Program-made: the position numbers and the translations under genes | The notes under the pieces: generated by a model | Told to the model about the DNA's origin: nothing | Seen by the model: the letters and a program-made list of their open reading frames with translations, nothing else | The model's database searches: none | Assembly: GCA_019244185.1 (NCBI GenBank) | Contig: JAFATB010000015.1 | Span: forward strand, 1-64,000 | Length of the DNA stretch: 64,000 nt | Reading direction: 5' to 3' | Source of the DNA: Acidobacteriota bacterium | GTDB lineage: Bacteria; Acidobacteriota; Thermoanaerobaculia; Gp7-AA8 | Shown: positions 18,704-28,617 of the stretch, piece after piece | Position numbering within the stretch: position 1 is the first letter of the stretch | Layout: each line of letters starts with the position of its first letter

Positions 18704-19803
18704 ATGACGGCAGCAGCACCGGTCGCGGCGACGACGAAGGTCCGCAAGTTTCCGTGCGAGTCGTGCGGCGCGGACCTGCATTGGGAGCCGGGCGTCACCG
18801 CGCTCAAGTGCCCGTACTGCGGACACGAGAAAGTCGTCGCGCCGCAGGGCGAGAGCGTGCGCGAGAAGCCGGTCGATGCCGCGTTGCGCGCGCCGCGCGA
18901 TCTCGGCTGGGGCGCCGAGCGCAAGGTCATCGTCTGTAAGCGCTGCGGCGCGCACACGACGCTCGATCCGCTCGTCGCGTCGTCCTCGTGCGCGTTCTGC
19001 GGCACGGCCGCGGTCGTGGAGGCGCCGGCGAATCTGACGGTTGTGCGTCCCGAGGGATTGCTGCCCTTCCGGATCCCCCGCGAGACCGCGTTGCAATCTT
19101 TCCGGACATGGCTCGGCAAACTGTGGTTTCGTCCGAACGATCTCAAGTCCGCGTCGGGCATCGCCAAGATGCAGGGCGCATACATCCCGTTCTGGACGTT
19201 CGACGCGGCGACGCATTCGAACTGGACGGCGGAAGCGGGTTACTACTACTACGTCGACGTCGAGGCGACGGAGAATGGTCGGCGCGTGACGCGGCGCGAG
19301 CGGCGGACGCGGTGGGATTCGCGTCGGGATCGCTCGAGCTCTTCTTCGACGACGTGCCGGTGCCGGCCTCGCGCGGCGTCGACGTCGATCTCTGCCGGAA
19401 GATCGAGCCGTATCCGACGGCCGAGCTCACGGCGTACGACCCGTCGTATCTCGCGGGCTTCCTCGCGGAAGAGAACGCGATCGATCTGCCGGAAGCGCTC
19501 GACAGCGCGAAAGAGCGGATGCGCGGCGACATCCGTGCTGCATGTTCGCGCGAGGTACCGGGCGACACGCAGCGGAACCTCGAAGTGCAGACGACCTTCT
19601 CCGCGCTCGCGTACAAGAACGCGCTGCTGCCGCTCTGGATCGCGGCGTACGACTATCGCGGCACGCCGTATCGCTTCATGGTCAACGGCGTCACCGGCAA
19701 ATGCACCGGCACGGCGCCGTGGTCGTGGATCAAGATCACGCTGCTGGTGCTCGCGATCCTCACGATCGTCATCATCGTGTTCGCGTTGAAGGGCAACTCG
19801 TAG
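18704..19803 (+). pseudogene. Zn-ribbon membrane-anchored protein (YdjG-like), split by a 1-nt frameshift near 19317
   Basis: Four CxxC pairs and YIPFWTFD in ORF 18704; continues in ORF 18988 frame as FASGSLELFFDD...LLPLW...VNGVTG plus a TM helix. Confidence 0.8.
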
Positions 19804-19849
19804 CGAAACGTTGACGAACGCGGCCGTGGGCTCGCGCGTATCTTCAGAT

Positions 19850-21229
19850 ATGCGCCGTATCGCCATCGTGGGCTCGGGCATCGTCGGACTCGCCGCCGCG
19901 CACGCGCTGCGCCGCGCCGGACACGCGGTCACGCTCTACAGCGACCGCACGTCGCGGCAGTGGCTCGACGAGAGCCGTCCCACCGGCACCGCCGCGCGCT
20001 TCGATCTCGCGCTGTCGTTCGAGCGCGAGCTCGGCCTCAATCACTGGGACGACGTTGCGCCGCGCGGCGAAGGCGTGTTCCTCACCTTCTGTCCCACGCT
20101 GCACAACCGCCTCGTCACGCTGCGCGGGCGTCTGCAGCGTCCGTTTCAGGCCGTCGATCTGCGCCTGCAGTGCGCGCGCTGGCTCGACGACTTCGACGGC
20201 GAGACGTCGATCGAATCGGTAACGGTCGCGCGGCTCGACGAGATCGCGGCGCAGCACGATCTCACCATCGTCGCGGCCGGACGCGCGGAGCTCTGCAATC
20301 TCTTCCCGCGCGACGACGAACGCAGCGTGCACGACGTCGCGCAGCGGAACCTGGCGATGCTCATCACGCGCGGCGCGCCGATGGCGATCCCCGGCGCCGC
20401 GTTCCTCCCCGTGAAGTTCGACTTCCTCGGCACCGACGGCGAGTTGTTCTGCATCCCCTACTTTCACAAAGACCACGGGCCGTCGTGGAACCTGCTCTTC
20501 GAGGCCAAGCCCGGCTCGCGCATGGACCGCTTCGCCGGCGCGCGGAGCGGCGAGGAAGTCGTCGCCATCGCGAAGCAGGTCGTGCGCGAGCTCTTTCCGT
20601 GGAACAGCGCATGGATGCAGCCGATGGAGCTCGCGGATCGCAACGGCTGGCTCACGGGACGCGTGACGCCGACCGTGCGCCGTCCCGTCGGCACGCTGCC
20701 GTCCGGCCGCGTGGTGATGGCGCTCGGCGACACCGCGATCTCGTTCGATCCGATTGCGGCGCAGGGAGCGAACACGGGACTCAAGCACGCGCGCCATGTC
20801 GTCGCGCGCATCGCCGAGCGCGGCGACGCGCCGCTCGACGCCGCGTGGATGACCGAGACGTTCGAGTCGTTCTACGCCGGCCCCGCGTCGTTCGCGTGGA
20901 CGTTCAGCAATTTGCTGCTCGAACCCATCACCGATCCCGCGAAAGAGCTTCTCATCGCGCAGTGCGGCAGCGACGGCCGCGCCGGCAACGCCAGCGCGCA
21001 ACAGCGCATCGCCGACGCGTTCATGGAGAACTTCAACGACCCGCGCCTGCTCACGCCCGCGTTCACGGACATGCACCGCTCGCGGTCGTTCATCGCGCAA
21101 ACGAGCGGCAAGCCGTGGCTCTTCAGCGCGGTTCGCGGACGCGCGCGCATCGCCGCCGGACAAGTGCAGCAGAAGCTGAAGGGTGGCAATCCGCACGTTC
21201 CCGTTGACGCCGCTCCGCGCCCGGCGTAA
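19850..21229 (+). CDS. Flavin-dependent monooxygenase, styrene/indole monooxygenase (StyA)-like
   Basis: IAIVGSGIVG Rossmann motif, VDLRL, TPTVRRP, GD...DPIAAQGAN. Confidence 0.82.
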   Translation: MRRIAIVGSGIVGLAAAHALRRAGHAVTLYSDRTSRQWLDESRPTGTAARFDLALSFERELGLNHWDDVAPRGEGVFLTFCPTLHNRLVTLRGRLQRPFQAVDLRLQCARWLDDFDGETSIESVTVARLDEIAAQHDLTIVAAGRAELCNLFPRDDERSVHDVAQRNLAMLITRGAPMAIPGAAFLPVKFDFLGTDGELFCIPYFHKDHGPSWNLLFEAKPGSRMDRFAGARSGEEVVAIAKQVVRELFPWNSAWMQPMELADRNGWLTGRVTPTVRRPVGTLPSGRVVMALGDTAISFDPIAAQGANTGLKHARHVVARIAERGDAPLDAAWMTETFESFYAGPASFAWTFSNLLLEPITDPAKELLIAQCGSDGRAGNASAQQRIADAFMENFNDPRLLTPAFTDMHRSRSFIAQTSGKPWLFSAVRGRARIAAGQVQQKLKGGNPHVPVDAAPRPA

Positions 21230-21276
21230 CTTCCTCCGCGTTCCCGCCGCCGTTTTCGCCGAGGAGGAGTTTGCGC

Positions 21277-23649
21277 ATGCGTCGGTCCATTCGCACGTTT
21301 CTGGTGGCTCTGCTCGCACTCGCGTTCGTCGCGACCCCATTGCTCGCGGCGCACGGCCACATCGCCGGCCGCATCACGCGCTCCGACGGCACCGGCATCG
21401 GCGGCGTGATCGTCCAGATCGTCGGCACCTCGCAGGCGACGCTCACGGAAGCGAACGGCGCCTTCGCCTTCGAAGTGCCTCCCGGAACGTACGCACTGTC
21501 GTTCGTCGCCGGCGATGAGGCGACGACGGAGAACAACGTCACGGTGACCAGCGGCGAGACGACGAACGTCGAGAAGAAAGTCGACTGGAAGCTCAGCGTC
21601 GCCGAGACGATCACCGTCTACTCCGCCTCACGCCGCACCGAGCGCGTCGTCGAAGCGCCCGCCGCGGTCTCCGTCGCCAGTGAGGAAGACATTCAGGCGG
21701 TCGCGCCGTCGGGTCAGGCGCCGCGCATCGTCGAGAACGCGCCCGGCGTCGACTTCACGCAGAGCGGCCTTTACGACTTCAACTTCAACACGCGCGGCTT
21801 CAACAGCTCGCTGAACCGCCGCATCCTCACGCTCATCGACGGCCGCGATCCCTCCGTTCCCTTCCTTGGCTCGCAGGAATGGGCGGCGCTCTCGTTTCCG
21901 ATCGACGAGATGGCGAGCGTGGAGCTCGTGCGCGGTCCCGGCTCCGCGCTCTACGGCGCGAACGCGTTCAGCGGCGTGCTGAACATGACCACGAAACAGC
22001 CGAAGTTCAATCCCGGCGGAAGGCTGATGCTCACCGGCGGCGATCTTTCGACGCGCCGCGCCGACTTCCGCCACGCCGGCGCGCTCGGCGGCGAGTGGTA
22101 TTACCGCGCCGTCGGCGGCTACCAGCAGAGCGATGACTTCACCGTCTCGCGCAACGTCAACATCGAGTATCCCGGCCTGCGCCGCGAGGCCGTGCCGCTC
22201 GCGCGCAACGACGACACGATCAAGTTCGGCGGCCTGCGCTTCGACAAGTACTTCGCGAACACCGACGTCCTCACGCTCGAAGGCGGCTACGCAACGCTCG
22301 GCGGTCCGACGTTCCAGACCGGCATCGGACGCGTGCAGGTCACCGACGTCAACCATCCCTGGGCGCGCGCGAACTACAACATGCCGCACTGGAACTTCGC
22401 GTCGTACTACGACGCGCGCCACGCGAACGAACAGATCGCGCTCTCGTCCGGCGCCGCACTCTTCGAGCGCTCGCACAATCTCCACGGCGAGATCCAGACG
22501 AACTGGGGACTCTGGCGCGATCGTGCGCACACCGTCCTCGGCGTTGCGTACAACCAGCAGAGCGTCGACACGCACGGCACGCTGATGGCCGCCGCGCACG
22601 ACGAGCATCAGCAGGCCGCGTTCGGCCAGCTCGACTTCGACGTCACGCCGAACCTCAAGCTCCTCGGCGCCGCGCGCTACGACGAGTCGACGCTGCACGA
22701 CGCGCAGTTCTCGCCGAAGGCCGGCATCGTCTACACCTTCGCGCAGAACCACACCATCCGCTACGGCTACAACGAGGCGTTCCAGAGCCCGAACTACTCC
22801 GAGTTCTTCGTGCGCGTGCCGGCCGCGCAGCCGGTGAATCTCTCCGCGATCGAGAGCGCGTTCGCGCCGCTTCTCGGCGGCACCTCGCTCGGCTTCAGCA
22901 GCATCCCCGTCCTCGCCCTCGGTAACGAGAACCTCGAGGTCGAGAAAGTGCGCAGCCACGAGCTCGGCTACTCCGGTATCTTCGGCGGAAAGCTCTACGT
23001 CACCGCCGACTTCTATCGCAGCAAGTTGAGCAACTTCGTGACGGACCTGCTGCCCGGCGTCAATCCGTCGTACCCGGCGTATCGCCCGCCGTCGAGCGTG
23101 AATCCCGCCGTGGCGACGCAAATCATCGCCACGCTCCAGCGCTCCCTGCCGACGACGCCGCTGCCGCTGTTCGTCGCCATGACGAACCTCCCCGGCGGCG
23201 CGCCGGCATTTGTCATCTCGTATACGAACGCCGGCAAGGTCGACACGCAGGGCGCCGAGCTCGCATTCAACTACTACGTCGGCAACCACTGGCTCGTCGA
23301 CTTCAACTACTCGTGGTTCGACTTCGACGTGAAGGTAGCCGCGCTCGGCGACCGGCTGCTGCCGAACGCGCCCGAGAACAAGTTCAACGCCGGACTCGCG
23401 TGGCGCGGCGCGCGCTTCGACGCGAAGCTCTCGTATCGCTGGGTCGACGAGTTCCCGTGGGCCGCCGGCATCTTCGTCGGCGTCGTGCCGCAGTACGACG
23501 TGGTGAATCTCGCCGCGAACTACCACTTCACGAACAACCTCGGATTCGGCGTCGACGTGAGCAATCTCCTCGGCAACGAGCACTACGAGGCATTCGGCGG
23601 CGACATCCTCGACCGCCGCGCGCTCGGCGTCTTCACGGTGACCTGGTAG
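21277..23649 (+). CDS. TonB-dependent receptor with N-terminal carboxypeptidase-regulatory-like domain
   Basis: Signal peptide; ETITVYSASR, VELVRGPGSALYGANAFSGV plug motif; terminal aromatic residue; GAGGAGG RBS. Confidence 0.92.
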   Translation: MRRSIRTFLVALLALAFVATPLLAAHGHIAGRITRSDGTGIGGVIVQIVGTSQATLTEANGAFAFEVPPGTYALSFVAGDEATTENNVTVTSGETTNVEKKVDWKLSVAETITVYSASRRTERVVEAPAAVSVASEEDIQAVAPSGQAPRIVENAPGVDFTQSGLYDFNFNTRGFNSSLNRRILTLIDGRDPSVPFLGSQEWAALSFPIDEMASVELVRGPGSALYGANAFSGVLNMTTKQPKFNPGGRLMLTGGDLSTRRADFRHAGALGGEWYYRAVGGYQQSDDFTVSRNVNIEYPGLRREAVPLARNDDTIKFGGLRFDKYFANTDVLTLEGGYATLGGPTFQTGIGRVQVTDVNHPWARANYNMPHWNFASYYDARHANEQIALSSGAALFERSHNLHGEIQTNWGLWRDRAHTVLGVAYNQQSVDTHGTLMAAAHDEHQQAAFGQLDFDVTPNLKLLGAARYDESTLHDAQFSPKAGIVYTFAQNHTIRYGYNEAFQSPNYSEFFVRVPAAQPVNLSAIESAFAPLLGGTSLGFSSIPVLALGNENLEVEKVRSHELGYSGIFGGKLYVTADFYRSKLSNFVTDLLPGVNPSYPAYRPPSSVNPAVATQIIATLQRSLPTTPLPLFVAMTNLPGGAPAFVISYTNAGKVDTQGAELAFNYYVGNHWLVDFNYSWFDFDVKVAALGDRLLPNAPENKFNAGLAWRGARFDAKLSYRWVDEFPWAAGIFVGVVPQYDVVNLAANYHFTNNLGFGVDVSNLLGNEHYEAFGGDILDRRALGVFTVTW

Positions 23650-23663
23650 CGAGTCGCAGCGGC

Positions 23664-24719
23664 TTACAAGGCGAGGCGGCGCGCGATCGCCTCGCCCGCT
23701 GCCTTCGTTCCGAGCGAGCCGCCGAGATCGTTCGTCGTCTCCCCCGCCTGAATCGCGTCCGCGACCGCGCGCTCGATCGCCTTCGCCTCGTCGGCGTGGC
23801 CGAGGTAGTCGAGCATCATCGCGGCGGTGAGGATCGCGCCGGCGGGATTGGCGACGTCTTTCCCCGCGTACTTGGGCGCGCTGCCGTGAATCGGCTCGAA
23901 GAGCGAGACGCGGCCCGGATGAATGTTGCCTGACGCCGCGACGCCGAGTCCGCCCTGCAATGCCGCGCCGAGGTCCGTGACGATGTCGCCGAACATGTTG
24001 TTCGTCACGATCACGTCGAACATCTCCGGCGCGCGCACCATCTGCATCGTCAGCGCGTCGACGAACATGTGGAAGTGCTCGAGCTGCGGATAGTCGCGCG
24101 CGACTTCCTCGAACGTGCGCAACCAGAGATCGCCGCCGAAGCGCATGACGTTGTTCTTGTCGGACATGCACACCGACTTGCGGCCGGTTTTCTGCGCGAA
24201 CTCGAACGCGTAGCGAATGATCCGCTCGACCCCGCGGCGCGTGGAGACGTCTTCCTGCACCGCGATCTCGTCCTGCGTGCCCTTCTTGAAGATGCCGCCC
24301 ATGCCGACGTACGCGCCTTCCGTGTTCTCGCGGAAGATGACGAAGTCGATATCCTTCGCGCCTTTGCCTTTCAGCGGCGAAAGGCGTTCGTCGAGCAGCT
24401 TGACCGGGCGGTAGTTGACGTAGAGGTCGAGCTGGAAGCGCATGCCGAGGAGGATGTCGGCGGCGTGCTTCATGTCGGGCACGCGCGGATCGCCGAACGC
24501 GCCGAGGTAGACGGCGGCGTACTCGTCGCGAATCATCTCCATCGCGCCGGGCGGCATCGAGATGCCGGTCTTCAGATACTCGTCGGCGTTCCAGCCGAAG
24601 TGCGTGAAGGTGAGGCCGAGTTTGCGTGCGTCGTTCACCTGCTCGAGCACGCGCATCCCGGCGTCAATGACCTCGGGGCCGATGCCGTCGCCGGGAACTA
24701 CCGCGATTTTCTTCGTCAT
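23664..24719 (-). CDS. Isocitrate/isopropylmalate dehydrogenase family (LeuB-like)
   Basis: PGDGIGPEV, RENTEG, NMFGDIVTDL, EPIHGSAP. Confidence 0.92.
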   Translation of the reverse strand: MTKKIAVVPGDGIGPEVIDAGMRVLEQVNDARKLGLTFTHFGWNADEYLKTGISMPPGAMEMIRDEYAAVYLGAFGDPRVPDMKHAADILLGMRFQLDLYVNYRPVKLLDERLSPLKGKGAKDIDFVIFRENTEGAYVGMGGIFKKGTQDEIAVQEDVSTRRGVERIIRYAFEFAQKTGRKSVCMSDKNNVMRFGGDLWLRTFEEVARDYPQLEHFHMFVDALTMQMVRAPEMFDVIVTNNMFGDIVTDLGAALQGGLGVAASGNIHPGRVSLFEPIHGSAPKYAGKDVANPAGAILTAAMMLDYLGHADEAKAIERAVADAIQAGETTNDLGGSLGTKAAGEAIARRLAL

Positions 24720-25483
24720 GCGCGCGCGGATTCTATGTGCGACGGCGCGACGAGCTCAATGCCGCGCGAAGCGAGCTCGTGCCGCAGCCGTGGATCGCAC
24801 AGCGCGCGCGTCTCCGCGTCCCAGTCGTAGCCCCAGCCGTAGCCGTCGACGCCGATGCCGGGATGCGTCACGAGCTCGGTGACGCCATCGACGTGCTCGA
24901 GCAGCGGTGCAATGTGCGAGAGATGCCCCGCGTCCGCGACGCCGATCGTGCGGTCGTTGCTTCCGCCGCGAACACGCGCGCGGCGTCCGAGCGCGCTGAG
25001 CAGCGCGATCGGAACGCGGCGCGCGCGCGAGCCGCGGTCGTCGACGATGCGGACGTAGCCGACCGCGAACTCGCGCGCGAGTCGTACGACGACATCGAAG
25101 ATCCGCGGCAGCAGATGGAGATGCTGGTGTCCGTTGAGATGCGTCACGCGCAGGTCGCTCGCGAGGACGCGCTCGATCTGCGCGCGCAGCTCGCGCTCGA
25201 TGGCGTCGATTGAGATTGCGCGTGCGAGGTAGAGCGGCACGAACGACGTGTATTTCTTCGGGAAGCGGAGATTCGTCAGCGGACGCTCTTCGACGAGCGT
25301 GAGATGCACGCCGGCTTCGAGCGACGGCAGCTCCCGCAGACGCGCGACCGCGTCGTCGAAGGCGGCGCCGGTCGCGACGAGGCTGCAGGCGGTGACGATG
25401 CCCTCGCGATGCGCGCGGATCGCGCCTTCCGTCATTCCGGGATGCAGCCCGACGTCGTCAGCCGTGACGATCAGCCGGCGCAT
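24716..25483 (-). CDS. YdjC/ChbG/HpnK family deacetylase
   Basis: TADDVG, GVHLTL, HLNGHQHLH, HPG. Confidence 0.9.
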   Translation of the reverse strand: MRRLIVTADDVGLHPGMTEGAIRAHREGIVTACSLVATGAAFDDAVARLRELPSLEAGVHLTLVEERPLTNLRFPKKYTSFVPLYLARAISIDAIERELRAQIERVLASDLRVTHLNGHQHLHLLPRIFDVVVRLAREFAVGYVRIVDDRGSRARRVPIALLSALGRRARVRGGSNDRTIGVADAGHLSHIAPLLEHVDGVTELVTHPGIGVDGYGWGYDWDAETRALCDPRLRHELASRGIELVAPSHIESARA

Positions 25484-26234
25484 AGTCGACCGCGCGCGTA
25501 CGCTGCTCGCGCGGCACCTTCTTCCGCATCTCGGGATAGAGCCGCACGAGCTCCTGCAGAATTTTCAGCACCACGCCGAACGACGCGAGATGCGACGTGC
25601 CGCGGATGCGCGGGAAGTAGTCGGTGCCGATCTGCTGGATGGCGAAGCCGCGGTTCTTCGCTTTGACGATGAGCTCCGCGTCGATGAGCGAGCCTTCCGA
25701 CTTCAACTCGATGGCGTCGAGCACCTCCCGCTTCATCAGCTTGAAGGAGAAGTTGATGTCGCGATGCGGCCAGCCGAAGAGGAAGCCGATCAGCCAGTTG
25801 TAAACGAGCGTGTACACGCCGCGCTTGAATCCTTCCATCGTGCGGTCGTGGCGGTACGCCGCGATCATGTCCGCGCCGGTGACTTCCATTGCACGCATCG
25901 CGCGGCCGAGGACGTCGGGATCGAACGGGATGTCGGAGTCCATGTAGAAGACGAGATCCTTGCGCGCGGCAGCGAAGCCGGTGCGCAGCGTCGCGCCGAG
26001 CTTGCGGTTCTTCTCGTGGCGCAGAATGCGGATCTTCGGATTCGCGTGCGACAGCGACGCGGCGATGCGCGGCGAGGCGTCGGTCGACGCGTCGTCGACG
26101 ATCAGGATCTCGTAGTCGCCCGCGTACTTTTCGAGCGACTCGACCGCCGCCGCGACGGCCTGCTCGATGTTCAGCTCCTCGTTGTACATCGGAATCACGA
26201 GCGAGACGGACGGGCGCGGCATCGGCGGCATCAT
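25458..26234 (-). CDS. GT2 polyprenyl-phosphate glycosyltransferase (DPM/GtrB/ArnC-like)
   Basis: C-terminal part of ORF 25458..26963: VIPMYNEE, VDDASTD, MDSD, FKL; ATGA overlap with the methyltransferase. Confidence 0.9.
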   Translation of the reverse strand: MMPPMPRPSVSLVIPMYNEELNIEQAVAAAVESLEKYAGDYEILIVDDASTDASPRIAASLSHANPKIRILRHEKNRKLGATLRTGFAAARKDLVFYMDSDIPFDPDVLGRAMRAMEVTGADMIAAYRHDRTMEGFKRGVYTLVYNWLIGFLFGWPHRDINFSFKLMKREVLDAIELKSEGSLIDAELIVKAKNRGFAIQQIGTDYFPRIRGTSHLASFGVVLKILQELVRLYPEMRKKVPREQRTRAVDYAPADRHG

Positions 26235-26875
26235 AGCGGCTTCCGCGCGGTGTACAGGATGTGCGGATGCGGATAGCCGCGGTCGATGCGGCGCGCCGCG
26301 AAATCGGTGAAGCCGATCGCGCGCAGCGTGGCTTCGAGCTCCTCGCGCGTTTGATACACGAACCCGCGCCCGAGGGTCACGTGGAGGAAGGCGTTGTTGA
26401 GGGATTCCTGCAGGCGCGCCCAGCGGATTTTTAGGCCGCGCGCGGGATCGAGCTCCTTGAGCACGAACGTGCCGCCGGGCGCGAGGCGCTCGTAGATGCG
26501 GCGATAGAGCGTGACGCGCTCGTCGAGCGTCAGGAGATAAACGACGTCGGCGACGAGGATCGCGTCGAACGCGCCGCGGATCGCGTCGTCGAACGCGGCG
26601 ATCCAGCGCACGCCGGGCGCGTGCGGCGGGAGCGACTTGCGCAGGTCCGGCTCGACGGCGAAGACGCGCAGGCGAGGATTCGCCGCGGCGAGATACGCGT
26701 AGATGCCGTGACCCGCGCCGAGCTCGAGGACGCGGCCGGATTCCGGCAGCACGTCGAGCATGCGCGGGAACGGACACGTGAGAAAGCGGATGGCGACGTG
26801 GACGCGCGCGGCGGGCGGCGTGCCGCGGTAGACGCGGCGCAGAAGGGCGATCGCGTCGCGCGTGCGCATTGACAC
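26231..26875 (-). CDS. Class I SAM-dependent methyltransferase
   Basis: VLELGAGHG motif I, LAPGG, YPHPH. Confidence 0.85.
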   Translation of the reverse strand: MSMRTRDAIALLRRVYRGTPPAARVHVAIRFLTCPFPRMLDVLPESGRVLELGAGHGIYAYLAAANPRLRVFAVEPDLRKSLPPHAPGVRWIAAFDDAIRGAFDAILVADVVYLLTLDERVTLYRRIYERLAPGGTFVLKELDPARGLKIRWARLQESLNNAFLHVTLGRGFVYQTREELEATLRAIGFTDFAARRIDRGYPHPHILYTARKPL

Positions 26876-26895
26876 TGCGGCGATTATAGAAGCGC

Positions 26896-28617
26896 TTGCG
26901 AATCAGCTTCTGGGTTGCCGCGGCCTGCGTGCTCGCTCTGCACTTCGTGTCGATTCCGCTCACGATCTGGGAACACGACGAGGTGCAGTTCGCGATGGGC
27001 GTCGACCGCTACGAGCCGCTGCGCCACCATCCCGCGCCGCCCGGCGCGCCGCTCTTCATCGGAGCGGCGAAGCTCGTGCGGCCGCTGTTTCCCGACGCGT
27101 TTCACGCGCTGCGCGCGCTGAACATCGTCGCGACGATCGCGGGACTGGCGGCGCTCATCGCCGCGTTCGGCTCGCTTACGCGCAATCGCGCGACGGCAAC
27201 GCTCGGCGCGTGTCTGTTCTACGCGTCGCCATCGATGCTGGTGCATGGGATGACCGCGTTCTCGGATCCCGGGGCGATCGCGCTGCTCGCGCTCGCGCTC
27301 TGGCTCGGCGCGAAGGCGCAGGACGAGCCGCGCTTCGCGTGGGGCTTCGCGCTCGCGTGCGCGGCGTCGGTGGGCTGGCGTCCGCAGTTCGCGATCGCGG
27401 TCCTGCCACTCTTCTTCGCCACGCTCGTCCTCGTGCGCAACTGGCGCGCGCGCTTCGTCGCGCTCGGCGCGTTCACGCTTGGCTGTCTCGCGTGGCTCGT
27501 GCCGCTCGTCATGGCGACGGGAGGCGTCGCGGGATTTGTGCAGTGGCTGTTCGGGCAGGCCGCGTACTACGCCGCGCACGATGCATCGCTCTCGCGCAAC
27601 GGCATCTCGACGTCGCTGCTCTTCTTCCGCTTCATCGCCCATCCGTGGGGGCCGAAGCTGCTCGCGTTTCCGGTGCTCGTCGCCGCGGCGATCGGTGCGG
27701 CGCTCTCGCTGCGCGCGAAGCGGCTGCTGCCGCTCGCAATCATGGGCGCGGTGTATCTCGCGTTCGCGCTGGCGACGATGGATCCCGCCGACGCCGTGCG
27801 CTATGCGCTGCCGTCACTCGTCGCGGTCGCGCTGTTCGCCGCAGTCGCGCTGACCAGCCTGCACCACGCCGCGTGGCTCGCGCTCGCCGCGTACGCGATC
27901 GGCGCGTATCTCTATGCGTCTCCCCTGCTTCGCGCACGCGCGCACACGCCGTCGCCGCCGGTCGCCGCCGCGGCGGCGCTGCGCGCGCTCGTGCCGCGCC
28001 ACTCGATCGTGCTCTACGACCTGCAACTGCGCCCGCACGCGGAGTACCTCCTGCCGGAGTTTCCGCAGATGCGCATCGACGAAGGCCTGCATCGTTTCGG
28101 CGATCGCGTCGACGTCCCGCTCTTCATCTACGCCGACGGCGCCGTTGGTCAACACGTTTACCAATGGCCCGACAGCGACGCGTATCGCAAGCTGACCCGC
28201 GGCTTCTATCGCGCGGTGAGCTTCGTCGACGTGCCGCCGGAGCGCCGCTACGTCGCGCTCTCCGGCGTTTTCGCGCCCGAGCGCTCGCGCACCGGCCAGT
28301 CGTGGCGCTGGATCTCCCGCGCCGCCACGCTCCGCCTCCCCGACCTCGGCACCCGCACCGCCGTCCTCACGCTGCGCCTCCCGCCCGAGTATCCGTTCGA
28401 CGGGAACCGCATCTCCGTCAACGGGCAACTCGTTGCGCTGCGCCGGGGCCAGCAACTCGACGTCGCCGTGCCGCTCGCCCGCGGCCGGAACGAGATTCAC
28501 CTCGTCGCCGAGCGCGCGTTCGCGCCGAAGGACATCCCGAACAGCCGCAATGCCGATCCGCGCGTGCTCTCCGTCATGCTGACGCACGTCGTGCAGCGAA
28601 CGGCACCGACGCGCTGA
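26896..28617 (+). CDS. GT-C-type polytopic membrane glycosyltransferase-like protein with C-terminal soluble domain
   Basis: WEHDE acidic motif in the first loop, HPAPPG, many TM helices. Confidence 0.7.
   Translation: MRISFWVAAACVLALHFVSIPLTIWEHDEVQFAMGVDRYEPLRHHPAPPGAPLFIGAAKLVRPLFPDAFHALRALNIVATIAGLAALIAAFGSLTRNRATATLGACLFYASPSMLVHGMTAFSDPGAIALLALALWLGAKAQDEPRFAWGFALACAASVGWRPQFAIAVLPLFFATLVLVRNWRARFVALGAFTLGCLAWLVPLVMATGGVAGFVQWLFGQAAYYAAHDASLSRNGISTSLLFFRFIAHPWGPKLLAFPVLVAAAIGAALSLRAKRLLPLAIMGAVYLAFALATMDPADAVRYALPSLVAVALFAAVALTSLHHAAWLALAAYAIGAYLYASPLLRARAHTPSPPVAAAAALRALVPRHSIVLYDLQLRPHAEYLLPEFPQMRIDEGLHRFGDRVDVPLFIYADGAVGQHVYQWPDSDAYRKLTRGFYRAVSFVDVPPERRYVALSGVFAPERSRTGQSWRWISRAATLRLPDLGTRTAVLTLRLPPEYPFDGNRISVNGQLVALRRGQQLDVAVPLARGRNEIHLVAERAFAPKDIPNSRNADPRVLSVMLTHVVQRTAPTR

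Noticed and set aside
19305-19330. Programmed ribosomal frameshift
   Set aside because: No X-XXY-YYZ slippery site; a 1-nt loss is the simpler explanation
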